Source: Myxococcota bacterium (lineage in GTDB: Bacteria > Myxococcota_A > UBA9160 > UBA4427). Taken from it: 64,000 nt of DNA. The notes beneath the pieces are model-generated. The model searched no databases. It saw only the letters and a list, made by a program, of their open reading frames with translations, and was not told the DNA's origin. The stretch spans positions 4,288,001 through 4,352,000 of the forward strand of contig OZ252299.1 of assembly GCA_965250285.1 (NCBI GenBank). Reading direction: 5' to 3'. Of this stretch, positions 36,679 to 46,917 are shown piece after piece (the stretch's first letter is position 1; each line of letters begins with the position of its first letter). A program made the position numbers and the translations under genes.

Positions 36679-37677
36679 CTACTGCGGGCCCGCGACCGAG
36701 ATCACGACCTTGCCGAGCGCATCCCCCGAGGCCACGCGCTCGATCGCGGCGGGCGTCTCTGCGAACGAGAAGACGCGATCGACGGGCACGCGCAATCGGC
36801 CGTCGCCGTGCATCTCGAGCAGGCGCGCGTGCGCATCGAGGCGGAACACGCGGTCGTAGCCCGAGGGCATCACGCCGAGCACCGAGTAGTTTCGCTGAAC
36901 GAGATGCGCCGCGCGCGGCTCGCCCCAGCGGCCGCTCGCGTAGCCCACGACGAGCAATCGGCCCTCGTGGGCGATGCAGCGGGTGGCCGACCGGAACGCG
37001 TCCCCGCCGACCGTGTCGTAGACGACGGCCGCGCCGGTGCCACCCGTGATCTTTCGGACGGCCTCTTCGACGTTCTCCGCCGACCGATCGATGACCGCTT
37101 CGGCACCGAGGGCCCGGCAGTAGTCGACGCGCGCGGCGCCGGCGGCCGTCGCGATCACCCGGGCGCCCAGCGCGGCACCCAGCGAGATCGCCGCCGAGCC
37201 CGTCCCGCCCGCACCCCCGAGCACGAGCAGCCACTCACCCGCTTCGATCCGAGCGCGCCGAACGAGCCCGACCCAGGCCGTGTGCGTGGGGATCGCGATC
37301 GCCGCGGCCTCGGGCCCGGCGAGCGAATCGGGCGCGGGCAACGCGAAGTCGTCGTAGAGCAGACACTCGTCGGCGAAGCCCCCGCTCCCGGTGATGAACG
37401 CCGTGACACCGAGCACGCGCGCACCGAGCTCACTGACGGCGCCTTCACCGGTCGCGACCACCTCGCCGACGACCTCCTGGCCGGGCGTGAAGGGGCGCGG
37501 CGGCGTCAGCGCGTAGGCGCCTCCGCCGCGACACATGAAGGCGTCGGGCAGGCCGACACCCGCGTGCGAGACGCGCACGCGGAGCAGGCCGGGGCCCGGG
37601 TCGGGCACCGCGACGCCGGTGGCGAGCTCGAGGGCCTCGGACGGCGCGCCTTCGCGCACGACTTGCCAGGCTCTCAA
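36679..37677 (-). CDS. NADPH:quinone oxidoreductase / MDR family
   Basis: PFTPG.E..G.V, GGAGGTG, YDTVGGD, GRLLVVG.ASG, GKVV; GGAGG SD before TTG 37677. Confidence 0.92.
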   Translation of the reverse strand: MRAWQVVREGAPSEALELATGVAVPDPGPGLLRVRVSHAGVGLPDAFMCRGGGAYALTPPRPFTPGQEVVGEVVATGEGAVSELGARVLGVTAFITGSGGFADECLLYDDFALPAPDSLAGPEAAAIAIPTHTAWVGLVRRARIEAGEWLLVLGGAGGTGSAAISLGAALGARVIATAAGAARVDYCRALGAEAVIDRSAENVEEAVRKITGGTGAAVVYDTVGGDAFRSATRCIAHEGRLLVVGYASGRWGEPRAAHLVQRNYSVLGVMPSGYDRVFRLDAHARLLEMHGDGRLRVPVDRVFSFAETPAAIERVASGDALGKVVISVAGPQ

Positions 37678-37711
37678 GCCCCGCCTCCGATCGTCGCAGC
37701 CCACGCCCAGC

Positions 37712-38482
37712 TCAACGCGGTACCAGCCCGCCGTCGATCCCGAACGTGGCGCCCGTGACGAAGCTCGAGGCGTCGCTCGCGAGGTAGAGGGCGAGCGGCG
37801 CGACCTCGTCGGGCTCGGCCGCGCGCTTGAGGAGCGCTGCCGCCTTCATCGCCTCCTGCGCCTCGGGCGGGTTGTTTCGCACCATGTCGGTATCGATCGT
37901 GCCTGGCGCGATGCCGTTCACGCGCACGCCCCGCAGCGCGAGCTCGGCGGCTTGCGAGCGCGTGTGTGCGAGCAGCGCGGCCTTGGCACCTGCATAGAGC
38001 GAGATGTAGGGCGAGAAGAGAAAGGCGCCGGCACTCGCGACGTTGATGACCGACCCATGGCCCCCCGCCTCGAGATGCGGGAGCGCGTACTGCGTGAGAA
38101 ACACGGGCCCGCGCAGGTTCACGTCGATCGACTTCTGGAACGCCTCGGGTGTGAGCTGGCCGAATGGCTGAGCAAGCGGGTTCGCCGCGTTGTTCACCAA
38201 CACGTCGAGCCGGCCGAATGCTTCGACGGTGCCTTCGACGAGTCGCTCGAGATCATCGAGCTCGCCCATGTGGACGGCGATCGCCTTGGCTTCACCGCCG
38301 GCTCCACGAATGTCGGCGGCCACCGTCTCGCATGCATCGAGCTTTCGGCTCGCGACCACGACCCGAGCGCCAGCGAGGGCAAAGGTCTCGGCAATCGAAC
38401 GGCCAATGCCGCGGCTACCGCCGGTCACGATGGCCACGCGGCCTTCGAGAGAGAACGTCGCGTCGAATCGCGCTCGGTCCAA
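37712..38482 (-). CDS. short-chain dehydrogenase/reductase
   Basis: TGGSRGIG, NNAA, YAGAK, RVNGIAPG..DT. Confidence 0.95.
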   Translation of the reverse strand: MDRARFDATFSLEGRVAIVTGGSRGIGRSIAETFALAGARVVVASRKLDACETVAADIRGAGGEAKAIAVHMGELDDLERLVEGTVEAFGRLDVLVNNAANPLAQPFGQLTPEAFQKSIDVNLRGPVFLTQYALPHLEAGGHGSVINVASAGAFLFSPYISLYAGAKAALLAHTRSQAAELALRGVRVNGIAPGTIDTDMVRNNPPEAQEAMKAAALLKRAAEPDEVAPLALYLASDASSFVTGATFGIDGGLVPR

Positions 38483-39011
38483 GCTTCATCATCCTTTCGG
38501 TCGATCGAGGGGCGACCGGCAACTCGTGTGCAGCTCGCTCGCCTCGTGCACGCCAAACTCGCGCTGTGCGTCGTTGCGCGTGGAGCATCATCCCCTCAGG
38601 CGCAGAATCTGGACAACGTACGAAACGGAGCCGTCGAATATGTCGACGAAACCCCACTGCGTTCGCCTGTTCACCGCACTCCCAGCGAAGCGGGATGGTA
38701 TCCGAGTCGTCCTCGCGCGCAGACCGAACTTCGAGGGCCTGAGCAGCATCGCACCCAGGAGTGAGATGTGACGCTCGCCCCGGCATCGAGTAATCTCCGA
38801 ACATCCGTTCGGCGCATTCGTCGGGGCCAAGGCAACACATCTCCGGCGGCGTTCGCGTATGGCACTGCATCCCAAGCGGATCCGATCCCGCCCAAGTGCG
38901 TAACCAGAGAGACGAACGAGCAAGACGCACCGCACGACGAAGACAGCGACGAAGAAACCGAACCAGAGGCAGCCCGTCCCGAGGTCACAGAGTCAAAGAG
39001 GCAATGAGCCG

Positions 39012-39734
39012 ATGTCCTCCCCGCACGACGTCAGCGATGTTCGCGAAGTGACCCATCCGCTCCCCACCGAGGGTGCGTCGGATCCGACACGCGATCGCAG
39101 CTCGGGGTCGGCCGAGACGCGCGAGCGACTCCTCGACGCCGCAGAGCGATTGTTTGCCGATCGCGGCTTCGAAGGCACGTCGATGCGCGCGATCACCCAG
39201 GCCGCGGGCACGAGCGTGTCGGCGGCGAACTACCACTTCGGTTCGAAGGAGAAGCTCCTTCACGAGACGATCCGACGCGCGACCGAGCCGGTCAACGATC
39301 GACGTCTCGAGCTACTCGATGAGGCCGAAGCCGGCTCGGGCGGCGCACCGCTCTCGCTCGAGACGATCCTCGACGCATATCTGCGCCCCGTCATCGAGTA
39401 CCGGCAGCAGGGCATGACCGAAGAAGGACGACAGATCAGCGCGCGTCTGTTCAGCGACCCGCCCGAGCTGATCCAGTCGATCAAGATCGAGATCTTCGGC
39501 CCGATGAGTCGCCGATTCATGTAAGCGCTCGGTCGCACGCTCTCGGATCGACGCGCCGTCGACGTCGAGTACGGATATCAGTTTCTGATCGCGGTCATGG
39601 TGTACGTGATCAGTGGTCAGCTCGAATCGAGCAGCCTCGCCGCGATGCAGCCCGAGGGCATCGACGACGATAAGCTGCTCGCACGGATGATCGAGTTCGC
39701 AGCCGCCGGGCTCCGCGCCCTCCCGACGGCCTGA
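39012..39734 (+). pseudogene. TetR family regulator (PsrA-like) interrupted by an in-frame TAA at 39522-39524
   Basis: Intact HTH (TRERLLDAAERLFA..GF.GTSMRAI); past the TAA the frame continues ALGRTL...LLARMIEFAAAGLRALPTA to TGA 39734. Confidence 0.8.
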
Positions 39735-39758
39735 CACAACACGGGAAGTACCATCCCG

Positions 39759-41033
39759 ATGAAGCCCGCCTGGCGCCGCGTCGTCGCACCGATTGCGATC
39801 CTGATTCTGGGTGTATGTATCGTCATCGTCGTCTTTGCGACGAAGCCGACGGTCACGCCCCGCCCCGCCGACATTCCCCGACCCTTGATTCGGACCGTCA
39901 CGGTCGAGCCCCAGCGCGTGCAGTTCGTCGTCGAGGCGAGCGGTACGGTCGCACCGACCACCGCCGGCGATCTGGTGCCCCAGGTCTCGGGCGAGGTCGT
40001 TTGGGTCTCGCCCGCCTTCGTCTCGGGCGGGTTCTTCGAGAAGGGTGAGCCGCTGCTGCGGATCGATCGCGCCGACTACGAGGTCGCCCTCGAATCGGCC
40101 CGCGCGAACGTCGCCGCAGCCGAGAGCGAGTTCGCTCGCACGAAGAAGGAGCTCGAGCGCCAGCGCCGCCTCGCGGATCGATCGGTCGCGAGCGAAGCGC
40201 GCATCGATGACGCCGAGAACGCCTACCGGGTCGCGCGCGCCCGGCTGCGCGAGGCGCGAAGCGAGCTTCAGCGCGCCGAACGCGACATCGAGCGCACGGA
40301 GATCCTGGCTCCCTACGACGGCCGCGTGCGCAGCGAAGCCGTCGACGTCGGCCAGTTCGTCAGTCGCGGGACGATGGTCGCTCGGCTCTATGCGGTCGAC
40401 TTCGCCGAGGTTCGGCTGCCGCTGCCCGACCGCGAGCTCGCCTACCTCGACCTCGCCCTCGACTACCGCGAGCGAAGCGAGATCGCGCTCGAGCCCGGCG
40501 AAAGCGAGCTGGTCATCGAGCAGGTCGAGCCGATGCTCGTCATCGAAGACCCCGCGGTGATCCTCGAGGCCGAGTTCGCCGGCGCCCTGCACGAATGGGA
40601 GGGCCGCATCGTGCGCACCGAGGGCGAGATCGACCCGAAGAGTCGGATGGTGCACGTCGTCGCCCGGGTCGCCGACCCATATGGCCGCTCGAGCGATGTG
40701 GCACGCCCGCCGCTCGCCGTCGGCCTCTTCGTCGACGCCGAGATCATGGGCCGAGTCGTCGACGACGCGTACGTGGTCCCCCGCGCCGCCCTGCGAGCGT
40801 GGGAGGGCTCGGACATCGATCAAGTGCTCGTCGTCGACGCCGAGTCTCGGCTGCGCTTCCGAGCGGTCGAAATTCTCCGCACTGAACGCGACCGTGTGAT
40901 CATCGGCGCAGGGCTCGAGCCCGGCGAACGCGTCTGCATCTCACCGATTCGCGCCGTCACCGACGGCATGTTCGTCGAGGTCGCGGACGCAGTGCCGGTC
41001 GGCGCCACGAGCGCCGTGGGAGCGGGATCGTGA
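39759..41033 (+). CDS. RND efflux membrane fusion protein
   Basis: N-terminal TM anchor, PQVSG.V, G..L.RID, coiled hairpin, I.APYDG, G.FV.A.I.G. Confidence 0.95.
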   Translation: MKPAWRRVVAPIAILILGVCIVIVVFATKPTVTPRPADIPRPLIRTVTVEPQRVQFVVEASGTVAPTTAGDLVPQVSGEVVWVSPAFVSGGFFEKGEPLLRIDRADYEVALESARANVAAAESEFARTKKELERQRRLADRSVASEARIDDAENAYRVARARLREARSELQRAERDIERTEILAPYDGRVRSEAVDVGQFVSRGTMVARLYAVDFAEVRLPLPDRELAYLDLALDYRERSEIALEPGESELVIEQVEPMLVIEDPAVILEAEFAGALHEWEGRIVRTEGEIDPKSRMVHVVARVADPYGRSSDVARPPLAVGLFVDAEIMGRVVDDAYVVPRAALRAWEGSDIDQVLVVDAESRLRFRAVEILRTERDRVIIGAGLEPGERVCISPIRAVTDGMFVEVADAVPVGATSAVGAGS

Positions 41034-41106
41034 GGCGCCTCGCGCAGAGCCGCGCATCGCGGTGCGTGGGTGCGCCGCTCTGCGGGTCGCGTGAAGGAGC
41101 GCGGTC

Positions 41107-44100
41107 GTGAGGCCGATCATCGGCTGGTTCGGCGCCAACCCGGTCGCCGCGAATCTGCTGATGTTCATGCTGATCTTCGCGGGTGCCGCGACGCTGCCCT
41201 CGGTTCAGCAGAAGTCGTTCCCCGACATCGACATCGACGTGATCCAGGTCGGCGTGACCTATCTCGGGGCCGCGCCCGCCGAGGTCGAAGAGGGCGTCTG
41301 TGTCCGGATCGAAGAGGAGATCCAGGGCATCGAGGGGATCGAGAAGATCACCTCGTCGGCGGCCGAAGGCGCGTGCGGGGTCTCGGCCGAGCTGATCCAG
41401 GGCTACCCGAAAGACCGCGCCCTCACCGAGATCAAGAACGCCGTCGACGCCATCACGACCTTCCCCGAAGAGACCGAGAAGCCGGTGGTCAGTCAGGTCG
41501 TGCCCCGGCGCAACGCAATCAAGATCGCGCTGTCGGGCGATGCGCCCGAATCGACGCTCAAGGCCGTGGGCGAGCAGCTGCGAGACGAGATCGCGGGCCT
41601 GCCCGACGTCACCCAGGTCACGCTCAACAACACGCGGCGCTACGAGATCTCGATCGAGGTCTCCGAAGATGCTCTGCGCCGCTACGGCCTGACCTTCGAC
41701 GACGTGGTGCGCGCCGTACAGCGAAGCTCCCTCGACCGACCCGGCGGCTCGATCAAGGCGGATACGGGCGAGATCCTGCTGCGCACGAAGGGGCAGGCCT
41801 ACACCGGAACCGACTTCGAGCAGATCGTGGTCCTCACGCGCGAGGACGGCACGCGCTTGATGCTCCCGGATGTCGCGCGCGTCATCGACGGCTTCGAAGA
41901 AGACGCCAGCTATGCCCGCTTCGACGGTGAGCCGGCCGTGCTCGTGCAGGTCTTTCGAGTGGGTGACCAGCGGGTCATCGAGCTCACCGACAGGGTCAAG
42001 GCCTACGCAGCCGAGGTCTCCAGTCGCCTGCCCGAGGGTCTGAACTTCACCGTCTGGCAGGACGGCAGCAAGAGCCTGCGTGACCGCCTCGACATCATGC
42101 TGCGCAACGGTCGCAGCGGCTTCATCCTCGTGTTCATCGTGCTGGCGATCTTCTTGCGCCTGCGCCTCGCTTTCTGGGTGTCGGTGGGGGTGCCCGTGGC
42201 GATGCTCGCCGCGCTCGCGCTCTTCCCGGCACTCGACCTCTCGATCGACGTGATCAGCGTCTTCGCGTTCATTCTGGTGCTCGGCCTCCTGGTCGACGAC
42301 GCCATCGTGGTCGCGGAGAACGTGCACTCGCATCAAGAAGCCAGCGAGGAGCCCCGGGAGGCCGCGATTCGGGGCGCCCAGGAGGTGTCTGTCCCGGTCA
42401 TCTTCGGCGTGCTCACCACCGTGGCCGCGTTCCTGCCCATGATCTTTGCGCCCGGCGTCATGGGTCAGATCTTCGGCACGATCGGCGTAGTGGTGATCTG
42501 CTGCCTCTTCTTCTCGGTCGTCGAGTCGCAGCTGGTCCTGCCCAGCCACCTGTCGCACATGAAGATCAAGGTCGACGACCCGTCGAAGCCGCCGAACGCC
42601 TGGAAGCGATTCCAGACGCGCGCGGCCGGAGCGCTCACACGCCTCGCGCGACGTCGCTACCGGCCACTTCTCGAGCGCGCGCTCGAGTGGCGCTACACCT
42701 CTGTGTCGACGTGTGTCGTGCTCCTGATGATCGTCCTCGCCGTCGTCGCCAGCGGGCGGATCAAGTTCAGCTTCTTTCCGCCGCTTCAGGGCGACTACGT
42801 ATCGGCGAGCGTGACGATGCCGCAGGGCACCTCTTCGGAGGTGACGGCGGCAGCCGTCCGCCAGCTCGAGGCGGCGGCACGACGCACCCGCGATCGCCTC
42901 GATGCCGAGTACCCGATCGCCGACGGCAGCATGATCCGCCACGTCCTCGCGTCGATCGGTCAGCAGCCGAGCACGGGCAGCGGGCCGCCGGGGACCACCG
43001 AGGTGGTGCCCGAGACGCATCTCGGCGAGGTGTCCCTCGAGCTCGCGCCCGCCGACGTCCGGCCGATCGATGCCGCGCTCGTCACCCAGGTATGGCGCGA
43101 AGAGACGCCGGCGATCCCCGACGTCGAGGAGCTGACGTTCAAGTCGACGCTCTTCACCGCCGGCGACGCGATCAACATCGAGCTCCAGGCGGCCTCGGTC
43201 GATACGCTCGAGCTGGCGGCCGACGAGCTCAAGGCCAAGCTCGCCGAGTACCCGGGCGTCTTCGACATCACCGACTCGTTCAGCAGCGGCAAGGACGAGA
43301 TCCAGCTCGACATCCTGCCTGCGGCCGAGACCCTCGGTGTCAGCCTCGACGATCTGTCGAAGCAGGTACGACAGGCCTTCTACGGGGCCGAGGCCCAACG
43401 GATCCAGCGCGGCCGCGACGACATCCGCGTGATGGTGCGCTACCCGGCCGAAGAACGACGCTCCCTCGCCGATCTCGAGAACATGCGGGTGCGGACCGCC
43501 GATGGTGGCGAAGTGCCCTTCTACGCCGTCGCCGACGTCGAGAAGGGCCGCGGCTTCTCGACCATCAAGCGTGCCGACCGCCAGCGCGTGATCAACGTCG
43601 TCGCCGACGTCGACCTGAGCCAGGGCAACGCCAACGAGGTGCTCGCCAATCTGCGCGCGGGCTTCCTCGAAGAGCTGCGCGCGCGCTATCCCGGCCTGAC
43701 GTATCGGCTCGAAGGCGAGCAGCGCGAGCAGCGAAAGGCGTTCTCGGCGCTGCAGCGCAACTACGTGCTCGCCATGGCCCTCGTCTACGTGCTGCTCGCG
43801 ATCCCGCTCAAGTCGTACGCGCAGCCGCTGATCATCATGGCGGTGATCCCGTTCGGGCTCGTCGGCGCGCTGGCGGGGCATTTCTTCATGCGGCTGTTCA
43901 TGCCGATGAACCTCAGCATGATGTCGGTCTTCGGCGTCGTGGCGCTCTCGGGTGTGGTCGTCAACGACAGCCTGGTGCTGGTGCACTACATCAACAAGCG
44001 TCGCGCGGAGGGCGCGCCGATCCAAGAGGCCGTCCGCGAAGCCGGCGTGGCGCGCTTCAGGCCGATTCTGCTGACATCGATCACGACCTTTGCCGGCCTG

Positions 44101-44334
44101 ACGCCGCTGCTGCTCGAGCGCAGCGTGACGGCGCAGTTTCTGATCCCGATGGCGACCTCGCTCGCGTTCGGCGTGCTCTTTGCCACGGTGATCTCGCTGA
44201 TCCTCGTGCCGTGCCTGTACCTCGTCATCGACGACCTGGGTCACATCGCGCGCGGCGTCTTCTCGAGGTCGAGCGAGCCACCCCCCGAGATCGTGCCCGG
44301 CACGAGCCGCTGGCGCCGCCCGCCCGCGACCTAG
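41107..44334 (+). CDS. RND efflux permease (AcrB/AcrD/AcrF family)
   Basis: NPVAANLLM, GLLVDDAIVV.EN, GVVVNDSLV, RFRPILLTS.TT.AGL.P, P..Y. Confidence 0.96.
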   Translation: MRPIIGWFGANPVAANLLMFMLIFAGAATLPSVQQKSFPDIDIDVIQVGVTYLGAAPAEVEEGVCVRIEEEIQGIEGIEKITSSAAEGACGVSAELIQGYPKDRALTEIKNAVDAITTFPEETEKPVVSQVVPRRNAIKIALSGDAPESTLKAVGEQLRDEIAGLPDVTQVTLNNTRRYEISIEVSEDALRRYGLTFDDVVRAVQRSSLDRPGGSIKADTGEILLRTKGQAYTGTDFEQIVVLTREDGTRLMLPDVARVIDGFEEDASYARFDGEPAVLVQVFRVGDQRVIELTDRVKAYAAEVSSRLPEGLNFTVWQDGSKSLRDRLDIMLRNGRSGFILVFIVLAIFLRLRLAFWVSVGVPVAMLAALALFPALDLSIDVISVFAFILVLGLLVDDAIVVAENVHSHQEASEEPREAAIRGAQEVSVPVIFGVLTTVAAFLPMIFAPGVMGQIFGTIGVVVICCLFFSVVESQLVLPSHLSHMKIKVDDPSKPPNAWKRFQTRAAGALTRLARRRYRPLLERALEWRYTSVSTCVVLLMIVLAVVASGRIKFSFFPPLQGDYVSASVTMPQGTSSEVTAAAVRQLEAAARRTRDRLDAEYPIADGSMIRHVLASIGQQPSTGSGPPGTTEVVPETHLGEVSLELAPADVRPIDAALVTQVWREETPAIPDVEELTFKSTLFTAGDAINIELQAASVDTLELAADELKAKLAEYPGVFDITDSFSSGKDEIQLDILPAAETLGVSLDDLSKQVRQAFYGAEAQRIQRGRDDIRVMVRYPAEERRSLADLENMRVRTADGGEVPFYAVADVEKGRGFSTIKRADRQRVINVVADVDLSQGNANEVLANLRAGFLEELRARYPGLTYRLEGEQREQRKAFSALQRNYVLAMALVYVLLAIPLKSYAQPLIIMAVIPFGLVGALAGHFFMRLFMPMNLSMMSVFGVVALSGVVVNDSLVLVHYINKRRAEGAPIQEAVREAGVARFRPILLTSITTFAGLTPLLLERSVTAQFLIPMATSLAFGVLFATVISLILVPCLYLVIDDLGHIARGVFSRSSEPPPEIVPGTSRWRRPPAT

Positions 44335-44894
44335 AAGAACAGCCCCAGCGTCGGATAGTCGATGTCGGCCATGTCGAGCACGATCTCGCGATCGGCGATG
44401 CGCAGGCCTTCGTCGGTGCGGCGCAGCACGTCGCGTCGCTGCCCGGCGTACAGGAAGTTGCGGCTGCCCGGTCGCGCGTAGTGCAGATGAAAGCTGCTCG
44501 TCACGCCGAGCGCGTCCTCGGCTACCTCGAGGATCTCGACGTTGCCGATGATGCGGCGCGTCCGCGCGGGCGGATTCTCGGCCCACGAGTTTGGCGCGAA
44601 TGCACGCATCACGCGCATGGCGAGATACGGGTGGCTCTCGTCGCGCAGGGGCAGTCGGTCACCGGCCTGATCTTCGAGCTCGCGATCGACCGAGATCATC
44701 GACTCGTGGCCGCGCTCGGCGTTGTCGACGAGGGGATTCGCGCGTGCGGGCATCACGTAGCGGATGTCCTCGGTACAGAGGGCGAACCACGTCTGATATT
44801 GGCGGCCGTCGAGCAGGCGAGCCTCGTAGTAGTAGAACTGCTCGACCTCGTGCTGCAGCTCGAGTGTGACGCTGCCCGGATCTCGCCCCATCAC
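44331..44894 (-). CDS. aromatic ring-hydroxylating dioxygenase beta subunit
   Basis: VEQF.Y.EARLLD.R.Y..W, W.E.PP.RTRR.I.NV, G.R.D.LR, I..R.I.LD. Confidence 0.93.
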   Translation of the reverse strand: MMGRDPGSVTLELQHEVEQFYYYEARLLDGRQYQTWFALCTEDIRYVMPARANPLVDNAERGHESMISVDRELEDQAGDRLPLRDESHPYLAMRVMRAFAPNSWAENPPARTRRIIGNVEILEVAEDALGVTSSFHLHYARPGSRNFLYAGQRRDVLRRTDEGLRIADREIVLDMADIDYPTLGLFF

Positions 44895-46174
44895 GCGCCC
44901 TCCACCGCCTCGAGGGCGGCTCGCCAGCGCTTGAAGAAGTGACGCGCGTACGCCTCGTTGGCGGTGCTCGTCACGAGGCCGGGCATCTCGGGATGCGGCG
45001 CTTCTTCACCGAGACCCAGCCCGTAGAAGTAGGGCCGGTCGTCGGCGAAGTCGAAGTTGCTGCCGCGGTGCTGCTGCATCCACGCCTCCGAATCCTCCTG
45101 CTCGACGATCCCCCCCGGTCCGAAGAACGACGTGTGGTTGCTGCGCAGCACCTTCTTGATCTCGTCGGGCGCGTCGGCCGGCACCACCGACCAGCACCAG
45201 TACTCGACGCGGCCCGGACCGCGCGGGTGGCTGACCTTGAACGCGGTGTTCGACCAGAGAAACGACAGGTTCGGGTAGACCCCGAACGTCAGGCCCTTGA
45301 AGCGCGCGCGAATCGGCCCCACGCGCTCGGCCGCCTTCGCATGGATCTCGCGCAGATAGTCATGCACGACCGGCCCACCCAGCAGCGTGGCGAGCCCTTC
45401 GAAGCCCCAGGCGACCTGCTCGACCGGTGCGTCCTCGGGCATCAGGCGAAACGTCGCGCCGTGCCCGGCGCCCGGGATCGCGCTCACGCCGTGATCGACG
45501 ATCTCCTGGTTCGCCGAGGCCGGGATCACCGATGCGTGGAGGAAGGGGCCGTGGTTCACGTCGCCGAGCTGATTCTCCATCGGGAGCTTCCAGTTCGCGT
45601 CGATCACCCAGCGCTGGGGCGAGCCGATGAACTCGACGCCGGCCGGAAACCGGTCGAAGAACGCGCCGAGGTAGTACTTCATATCGCCGAGATAGGCGTC
45701 GAGCGACTCGATGCCCTCGTCGAAGCTGCCGAAGATGAGGCCGTTCCAGCTCTCGACCCGGGGCACCTTCTTGAGTCCGAGCTTGCTCTTGTCGGGGCGC
45801 TCCTTCAGCTGGCGCTCCTGCGGAATCGCCTGCAGCTTGCCCGTCACGTCGTAGTTCCAGTTGTGATACGGACACACGAAGCTGCGGGTGTTGCCGTGGT
45901 CGGCGCGACACACCGGTACGCCGCGGTGAGTACAGCTGTTGATCGACGCATGGACCGCTTCGTCGGGGCCGCGCGCGACGATGATCGGCGTCTCGCACAT
46001 GTAGGCCTGAACGAAGTCGCCGGGGTTCGGGATCTGGGACTCGTGGGCGAGGAAGAGCCAGGCGCGCCCGAAGATGCCTCGCTTCTCGAGCTCATAGATC
46101 GCAGGATCGGTCCAGGCCCGGCGGCTGATGAGGGTGGCGTCGTCATTGACGACGTCGCGGATCGGCAGCGTCAT
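44891..46174 (-). CDS. Rieske aromatic ring-hydroxylating dioxygenase alpha subunit
   Basis: CTHRG...CPYHNW Rieske motif; NWK...EN..GDVNHGPFLH mononuclear Fe motif; EQED; GGAGG SD. Confidence 0.95.
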   Translation of the reverse strand: MTLPIRDVVNDDATLISRRAWTDPAIYELEKRGIFGRAWLFLAHESQIPNPGDFVQAYMCETPIIVARGPDEAVHASINSCTHRGVPVCRADHGNTRSFVCPYHNWNYDVTGKLQAIPQERQLKERPDKSKLGLKKVPRVESWNGLIFGSFDEGIESLDAYLGDMKYYLGAFFDRFPAGVEFIGSPQRWVIDANWKLPMENQLGDVNHGPFLHASVIPASANQEIVDHGVSAIPGAGHGATFRLMPEDAPVEQVAWGFEGLATLLGGPVVHDYLREIHAKAAERVGPIRARFKGLTFGVYPNLSFLWSNTAFKVSHPRGPGRVEYWCWSVVPADAPDEIKKVLRSNHTSFFGPGGIVEQEDSEAWMQQHRGSNFDFADDRPYFYGLGLGEEAPHPEMPGLVTSTANEAYARHFFKRWRAALEAVEGA

Positions 46175-46197
46175 GGCGCCCTCCATGGGTCGACAAA

Positions 46198-46217
46198 AAA
46201 TTATCAGGCGATAATTT
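46198..46217. promoter_or_regulatory. putative TetR operator between the divergent dioxygenase and tetR genes
   Basis: Perfect AT-rich inverted repeat AAATTATC-aggc-GATAATTT. Confidence 0.7.
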
Positions 46218-46253
46218 ATCTGCAAGGGCCGACGTCGCGCAGGGGAGTCACCG

Positions 46254-46901
46254 ATGAGCGCAGTCAGATCCGCGCAGCACGACGATGCGAGCGCGCGCGC
46301 GCGGCCGACCAAGGGGGAGCGCACGGCGGCCCGCATCCTCGACGCAGCCGAGGGGGTCTTCGCCGAACACGGCTACGAGGCGGCCTCGCTGCGCGAGATC
46401 GCGCGCCGCGCGCGCCTCCAGCAGCCGGGGCTGTACAACCACTTCGGGAGCAAGCGAGATCTGTACGCGGCGGTCCTCGACCGCGCGCTCAGCCCGATGG
46501 CCGAGGCGATGGAGACGCACATGCGCGACGACCCGCCGCTCGCCGTGCTCGCCACGCTGCCGGCCGTCATGACCGATCACCTCCTGGCGCATCCCCACAT
46601 GGCGGCGCTCTTCCAGCAGGCGCTGCAGGATCAGGCTTCACCCGGGCAGGCGCTGATGCGCGACTGGCTCGACCGGCTGCTCGTCCAGGGGGTGGACACG
46701 CTGCGCGGGGCATTGCCGGGCCCGGTCGATCGCGAAGAGCTCGCGTTGCAAGTCATCGCCATGTTCAACCTCACGACGGGCTACTTTCTGTCGCAGCGCG
46801 CGTTCGACAGTCTCGGGCTGTCGAGCCTGGCCGACCCAGACAACGTCGCGCGTCAGAAGGCGCTGCTCGGGCGCATCGCGGGGGCGCTCACGCGCAGATA
46901 G
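46254..46901 (+). CDS. TetR/AcrR family regulator
   Basis: RILDAAEGVFAEHGYEAASLREIARRA....PGLYNHFGSK. Confidence 0.93.
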   Translation: MSAVRSAQHDDASARARPTKGERTAARILDAAEGVFAEHGYEAASLREIARRARLQQPGLYNHFGSKRDLYAAVLDRALSPMAEAMETHMRDDPPLAVLATLPAVMTDHLLAHPHMAALFQQALQDQASPGQALMRDWLDRLLVQGVDTLRGALPGPVDREELALQVIAMFNLTTGYFLSQRAFDSLGLSSLADPDNVARQKALLGRIAGALTRR

Positions 46902-46917
46902 GGAGGTCGAGCACACG

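Noticed and set aside
39522..39524. Programmed readthrough or Sec/Pyl recoding at the TetR internal stop
   Set aside because: The codon is TAA, not TGA or TAG, and no recoding signal is evident; mutation or sequencing error is simpler
40957..44586. 1209-aa minus-strand ORF (likewise 12039-14402, 44939-47026, 54133-56934, 59824-62514)
   Set aside because: Antisense shadows of well-supported genes; long stop-free frames are expected at this GC content and they show no family motifs
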